A stretch of 64,000 nt of DNA from an uncultured virus (IMG/VR IMGVR_UViG_2061766007_000322). Taxonomy: Duplodnaviria; Heunggongvirae; Uroviricota; Caudoviricetes. Location: the IMG/VR virus record IMGVR_UViG_2061766007_000322; one strand, given 5' to 3'. The notes under the pieces are model-generated. The model worked only from the letters and a program-made list of their open reading frames with translations. It made no database searches and was not told where the DNA came from. Each line of letters opens with the position of its first letter. Position 1 is the stretch's first letter. Both the position numbers and the translations under genes were made by a program. This document shows, piece after piece, positions 60,407 through 64,000 of this stretch.

Positions 60407-60664
60407 TTAATCTCCTTTTTCTGTCATTGGTTTTTTCGTAAAGAGCTCAACATGATGTCCTTCACTGTCGATATAGTACTTAACAACAGTACCACAAGTC
60501 TTACACCAGTTGATCGTTACCGTCATTTCTCCGAATTTCTGTTCATGAACACATACGAATGTATGGTTATGATTATAGAAATCAGAGGGGTCTTTGTTCT
60601 TCTGCTGAACTGCAGACGTATGACCTTCGCTTATTTCTTCAAGCGGTTCATCATAATAGTACAT
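60407..60664 (-). CDS. Small putative zinc-ribbon protein
   Basis: CVH...CKTCG; directly downstream of an early-type promoter. Confidence 0.6.
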   Translation of the reverse strand: MYYYDEPLEEISEGHTSAVQQKNKDPSDFYNHNHTFVCVHEQKFGEMTVTINWCKTCGTVVKYYIDSEGHHVELFTKKPMTEKGD

Positions 60665-60756
60665 GCAAATTCATCCTTCCTGTATTTTGTATTTTTTAGA
60701 AATGCATTATGCTGATATGTATAAATACAGATAGCACATATTACAAATCTACTATA

Positions 60757-60766
60757 ATAATATATA
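60757..60766 (-). promoter_or_regulatory. Early-type promoter motif
   Basis: TATATATTAT on the minus strand. Confidence 0.65.
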
Positions 60767-60824
60767 ACTAAAATTATATAGTGAAATTCGGGAATAATAT
60801 GATATTATTCCCGAATTCTTTTAG

Positions 60825-62711
60825 TTATTCTTCATCATCAAATTCATCTTCATCAGGTAAGTCTTCACTATATACAAGATCATCAACATTACCTTTTTTC
60901 TTCTTCTTTCTTTTAAGCATATTAGATGCTGCAGAAGCTTCGGATTCGGTATCATCATTGTCTATTTCATCTTCAACAACTACTTCACAATGACCCTCTT
61001 TTGAAGTACCGTATACCTTAATATCAAGATTGCTTGTTTGAAGTGTCATTATAGCATCATAAAAATCTGATTCAGAGTCGAAATCAAGTTTTATATACTG
61101 CACACCTTTTTTCTTAAGAATCTCCGCAAGATCTTTTTGAAACTCATACATGAAATTATCTTTTTCAGGACTATCATCAAAATAAGCACCTTTGATTTTA
61201 CCATATGGTGTTAGCAAACCAGATGTTCCTGGGTCAGAGTTTCCGCACACAAGTATATCAAGATTTCCAAGAAATGATGGGTGAATTCCTCTATATTTAA
61301 GCCCAATATTATTAGCATTTTTACCTCCAAGTGAATGTGGTCCCTTGTTAGTAAATTTGAACTTAGAAAAGAATGTCATATCATTAACCGCCTCGTCAAA
61401 TCTGAGAATACCAGAATTATGCATTTTCTGAATAAGAATATCACCAGAAAATCTGAAAAACTCTCTGTAGTTATCAATTGTTGCTTTTTCACCAAGAGAA
61501 ATAATTCTATTAAGCCTTGATGAGAATTCCAAAGTAAGAAGTGATGAAATAACTTCATTACAACGAAGCCTCTTATTCTTAAGAGAAAGATTATCTTTAG
61601 TTCTGAGGAACGTAAATTCTTGACACATCCAACGAAGAACTGTATATATATCCTGTCTATGATAAGGATGTGTTTTAACTATCTTCTTTGTGGTTTCATC
61701 AAGAAGTCGTCCAAGAAAATTAAGAGTTGATTCACCTTTTTCGTAGTTGTTTGTACCAGAAATTTTCTTAATCCAAACTTTCGGATCGTCAAACGATGCT
61801 ATTGTTGTTCGATTATTGCATACATGAAGAATACCACCAACAATGGATTGAAGATAAATATACTTATTAAAAAGTGTCCTATTTACTGAAAGAAAACACT
61901 TATTAGAAATAGGAAAGTATATTGTATCTGGTTCATGAATGTCAGGAAGTTTCTCAAGAAGTTCAATGGCACCGTTTACACCAAGAAAGTCCATAGCACT
62001 ACGGAATCCATCCTTAAGATAGAAAAGAATAACTGGAACTTCTTTCTTGAATACAAATACGTTATAGTATGGAAGTGTGTATTGTTTACCATAACAATCT
62101 TCAATATTCACATTATCAGATTCCATCTTTTCGTCTGTAAGTGGTGTATCTTCAATATCATCTTTAACATCAATTTCGTTAATACCTGTACTTTCAAGAA
62201 TACCTCTTTTAACAGCAACCGGCATAAGAGATTTAAGAGTAACACTCTGATTTGATGTGTACGTAGATTTTTCCACCATCTGGTAAATAAGATAATACTT
62301 CTTTCCATGGATGTAATAATAACCTTTTTCATCTTGAATAGGAATAAGCATTTCTTTCTTTACAGGATAAACATGCTTGTACATCTCTCCAGTGTGTTCA
62401 TTCTTTTCCATAAGATGAATTTCAAGATGTACTGTAAGTTTACCAAAACGGTCATCTGCGATAAACTTATAATCCTTTTTATCCCTTTTCTTCTTTTTCT
62501 TTTCACGCTTGAAAATATACTTGTTGACATCTATATCATATTCGTTGGTGTCAAATTCATAACCAATAAACTTAATATTAGGTACAACTTCAAGCGATTT
62601 CCATGAGTCAACTATATAGTCTACAAGTGGGGCATCAAAATCTTTGGTCATAAGACCTGAATTGAGCCTTGGCTCAAATTCACTTGGGTAATCATGAATC
62701 AGTGATATCAT
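60825..62711 (-). CDS. Phage RNA polymerase beta-like subunit, N-terminal half (non-virion RNAP)
   Basis: IPIQDEKGYYYIHGKKYYLIYQ (beta region B-like); RGIHPSFLGNLDI...SDPGTSGLL (like RDVHPTHYGRVCP...PNIGL); acidic tail. Confidence 0.85.
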   Translation of the reverse strand: MISLIHDYPSEFEPRLNSGLMTKDFDAPLVDYIVDSWKSLEVVPNIKFIGYEFDTNEYDIDVNKYIFKREKKKKKRDKKDYKFIADDRFGKLTVHLEIHLMEKNEHTGEMYKHVYPVKKEMLIPIQDEKGYYYIHGKKYYLIYQMVEKSTYTSNQSVTLKSLMPVAVKRGILESTGINEIDVKDDIEDTPLTDEKMESDNVNIEDCYGKQYTLPYYNVFVFKKEVPVILFYLKDGFRSAMDFLGVNGAIELLEKLPDIHEPDTIYFPISNKCFLSVNRTLFNKYIYLQSIVGGILHVCNNRTTIASFDDPKVWIKKISGTNNYEKGESTLNFLGRLLDETTKKIVKTHPYHRQDIYTVLRWMCQEFTFLRTKDNLSLKNKRLRCNEVISSLLTLEFSSRLNRIISLGEKATIDNYREFFRFSGDILIQKMHNSGILRFDEAVNDMTFFSKFKFTNKGPHSLGGKNANNIGLKYRGIHPSFLGNLDILVCGNSDPGTSGLLTPYGKIKGAYFDDSPEKDNFMYEFQKDLAEILKKKGVQYIKLDFDSESDFYDAIMTLQTSNLDIKVYGTSKEGHCEVVVEDEIDNDDTESEASAASNMLKRKKKKKGNVDDLVYSEDLPDEDEFDDEE

Positions 62712-62754
62712 AATTAAACCTCTCCTTTCTTTTTATATTTTTCAATGCAAAAAT

Positions 62755-62764
62755 ATAATATATA
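62755..62764 (-). promoter_or_regulatory. Early-type promoter motif upstream of RNAP beta-N
   Basis: TATATATTAT on the minus strand. Confidence 0.65.
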
Positions 62765-62843
62765 AATTTGCTAAAAAATACGAAGTGATGGTATTTATTC
62801 AACACTCCGTATTTTTTGTTATGGTTTATATTCGTACAATGAC

Positions 62844-63683
62844 TTATTCGTTTGCGGATGACGCGAGTTTATCGTCTTTAATGTTAAGCTTACCAGCAAT
62901 ATCTGGTTTGAGTTCGACTATGTCTCTACCATCTGGACCTTCTTTAATAACTACTCTAAGAAGTCCAAGGTTAACTTCAAGTTTCGGAACATCTCTGTCT
63001 TTTCTTACGAGCTTGCAAACAGTGATTGCAGCATCATAATAATTTATGAACATCGGAAAAACCGCCTCACTGTTTGAAACCGAAATATTTACTTTATTAA
63101 AGTAGTCTACTGCAAGTAAGCCCATTTGTCTTGTAAGTTCTGGCTGCTTCTTAGAAACACCGTCATCGATTTTGCTGATCAAATTATCTTTATTCCAATC
63201 AGCCAATCTTGTTAAGATTGTATCAGTCGGATCAACAAAGGCATTTTTAACAGTTTCGCCGCCGATATGACGAAGATAAATCATGAAGTTACCGTTTTTT
63301 TCATCCTCATCATTAAGGTTTGAATTAAATGAAACAATAAACCTGTTCATGAAATTAACGGCAAAAGAACTGTAATTTGCTTCTTTTGATTTGAGCATTG
63401 CACATATGCTCTCAAAAGTTTTCAAGAAGATAGCCGTGCTCAATGCCCAACTATCAATTTTAATCTTATATTTCTCATAGAGAGCTCTGTTAGCGGTATC
63501 TGCAATACTCTCTATAATATCAAAGTCCTCACAAAGAGAGTCCTTCAAAAATACAACCCACGGTTCATTTTTTGCAAGAATTTTAACTTCACCACTGTCA
63601 AGCTCTACATCACCGCGGATATAACTTTCCCACAGACCGTCTTTATTTTTCAAAAGATAGTCAAAATCGTTATTATTTGCCAT
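62844..63683 (-). CDS. Hypothetical phage protein (279 aa), possibly tandem HU-like fold
   Basis: Long ORF with RBS; two helix-helix-strand halves. Confidence 0.65.
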   Translation of the reverse strand: MANNNDFDYLLKNKDGLWESYIRGDVELDSGEVKILAKNEPWVVFLKDSLCEDFDIIESIADTANRALYEKYKIKIDSWALSTAIFLKTFESICAMLKSKEANYSSFAVNFMNRFIVSFNSNLNDEDEKNGNFMIYLRHIGGETVKNAFVDPTDTILTRLADWNKDNLISKIDDGVSKKQPELTRQMGLLAVDYFNKVNISVSNSEAVFPMFINYYDAAITVCKLVRKDRDVPKLEVNLGLLRVVIKEGPDGRDIVELKPDIAGKLNIKDDKLASSANE

Positions 63684-63726
63684 AGAAAATTACCTACTTT
63701 CTTAAATTTTTAGAGTTATTTTCCTG

Positions 63727-63999
63727 TTATGCTATAGCTACTTTTTTATTACTAAGCATATTTTTCGTACTTGTGATTATATTCGGAAGATATTTTTTCA
63801 GTCCAGCAATAGGACTTCTCGAAATATTTCTATACAGGATTTTATGTCCTCCATCATCACCACTTGTTACAAAGATGGAAAATATACCTTTCACAGTATC
63901 GTGTGCTGCCAAAATGAGTATTGATTTTTCATCAAACTCATCAACAATTGATACTGTCATGGATAATGTGTCTCTATCAAGTTTTGTATTGACGACTAT
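63727..63999 (-). CDS. Partial hypothetical protein (frame open to the window edge)
   Basis: No stop upstream of ATG 63960 within the window. Confidence 0.55.
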   Translation of the reverse strand: MVVNTKLDRDTLSMTVSIVDEFDEKSILILAAHDTVKGIFSIFVTSGDDGGHKILYRNISRSPIAGLKKYLPNIITSTKNMLSNKKVAIA

Positions 64000-64000
64000 A

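Noticed and set aside
16445..62711. Bacterial chromosome origin (rpoB, rpoC, groEL, gmk)
   Set aside because: The subunits are highly divergent, beta is split and unlinked from beta', there is no groES or ribosomal context, and the neighbours are phage-type genes
1..64000. Stop-codon reassignment (code 4 or 15)
   Set aside because: Core genes are intact in the standard code, and TAG and TGA end genes at sensible positions; only one isolated in-frame TAA was found
1..64000. tRNA/rRNA genes, and phage-nucleus shell or tubulin genes
   Set aside because: No cloverleaf or T-loop signatures and no recognisable motifs seen by eye

Overview
A very AT-rich (roughly a quarter to 30% GC by eye), densely coding, standard-code segment of a jumbo bacteriophage related to phiKZ and closest in organisation to Bacillus phage AR9/PBS1. 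The host is probably a Firmicute, judging by the strong AGGAG/AAAGG Shine-Dalgarno sites and the BspA-LRR, SH3b/3D and SPOR modules. The window holds phage multisubunit RNA polymerase genes (an unusually unsplit beta' subunit, a beta N-terminal half and a probable sigma-like subunit next to a GroEL-like chaperonin). It also holds a split family-B DNA polymerase, primase, SF2 helicase, SbcD- and FEN-like nucleases, a nucleotide kinase, a large paralogous family of probable head proteins and two tail-fibre-like paralogues. Two promoter motifs are readable directly: TATATATTAT (12 sites, one with a mismatch; early-type) and AACA-N6-TA (AR9 late-type). The most striking accessory element is a tandem array of three anchorless BspA-type leucine-rich-repeat genes. 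They are built from about 50 near-identical 69-bp modules with hypervariable positions and shared module blocks, and each is closed by the same hairpin family, whose loop is inverted in one copy. Other oddities include an in-frame TAA in a tail-fibre-like gene, a degenerate PARG-like macrodomain, a 13-aa micro-ORF/sRNA locus and a pseudoknot-like 5' leader. Four short N gaps limit some calls. All assignments come from motif recognition by eye; no database search was run.
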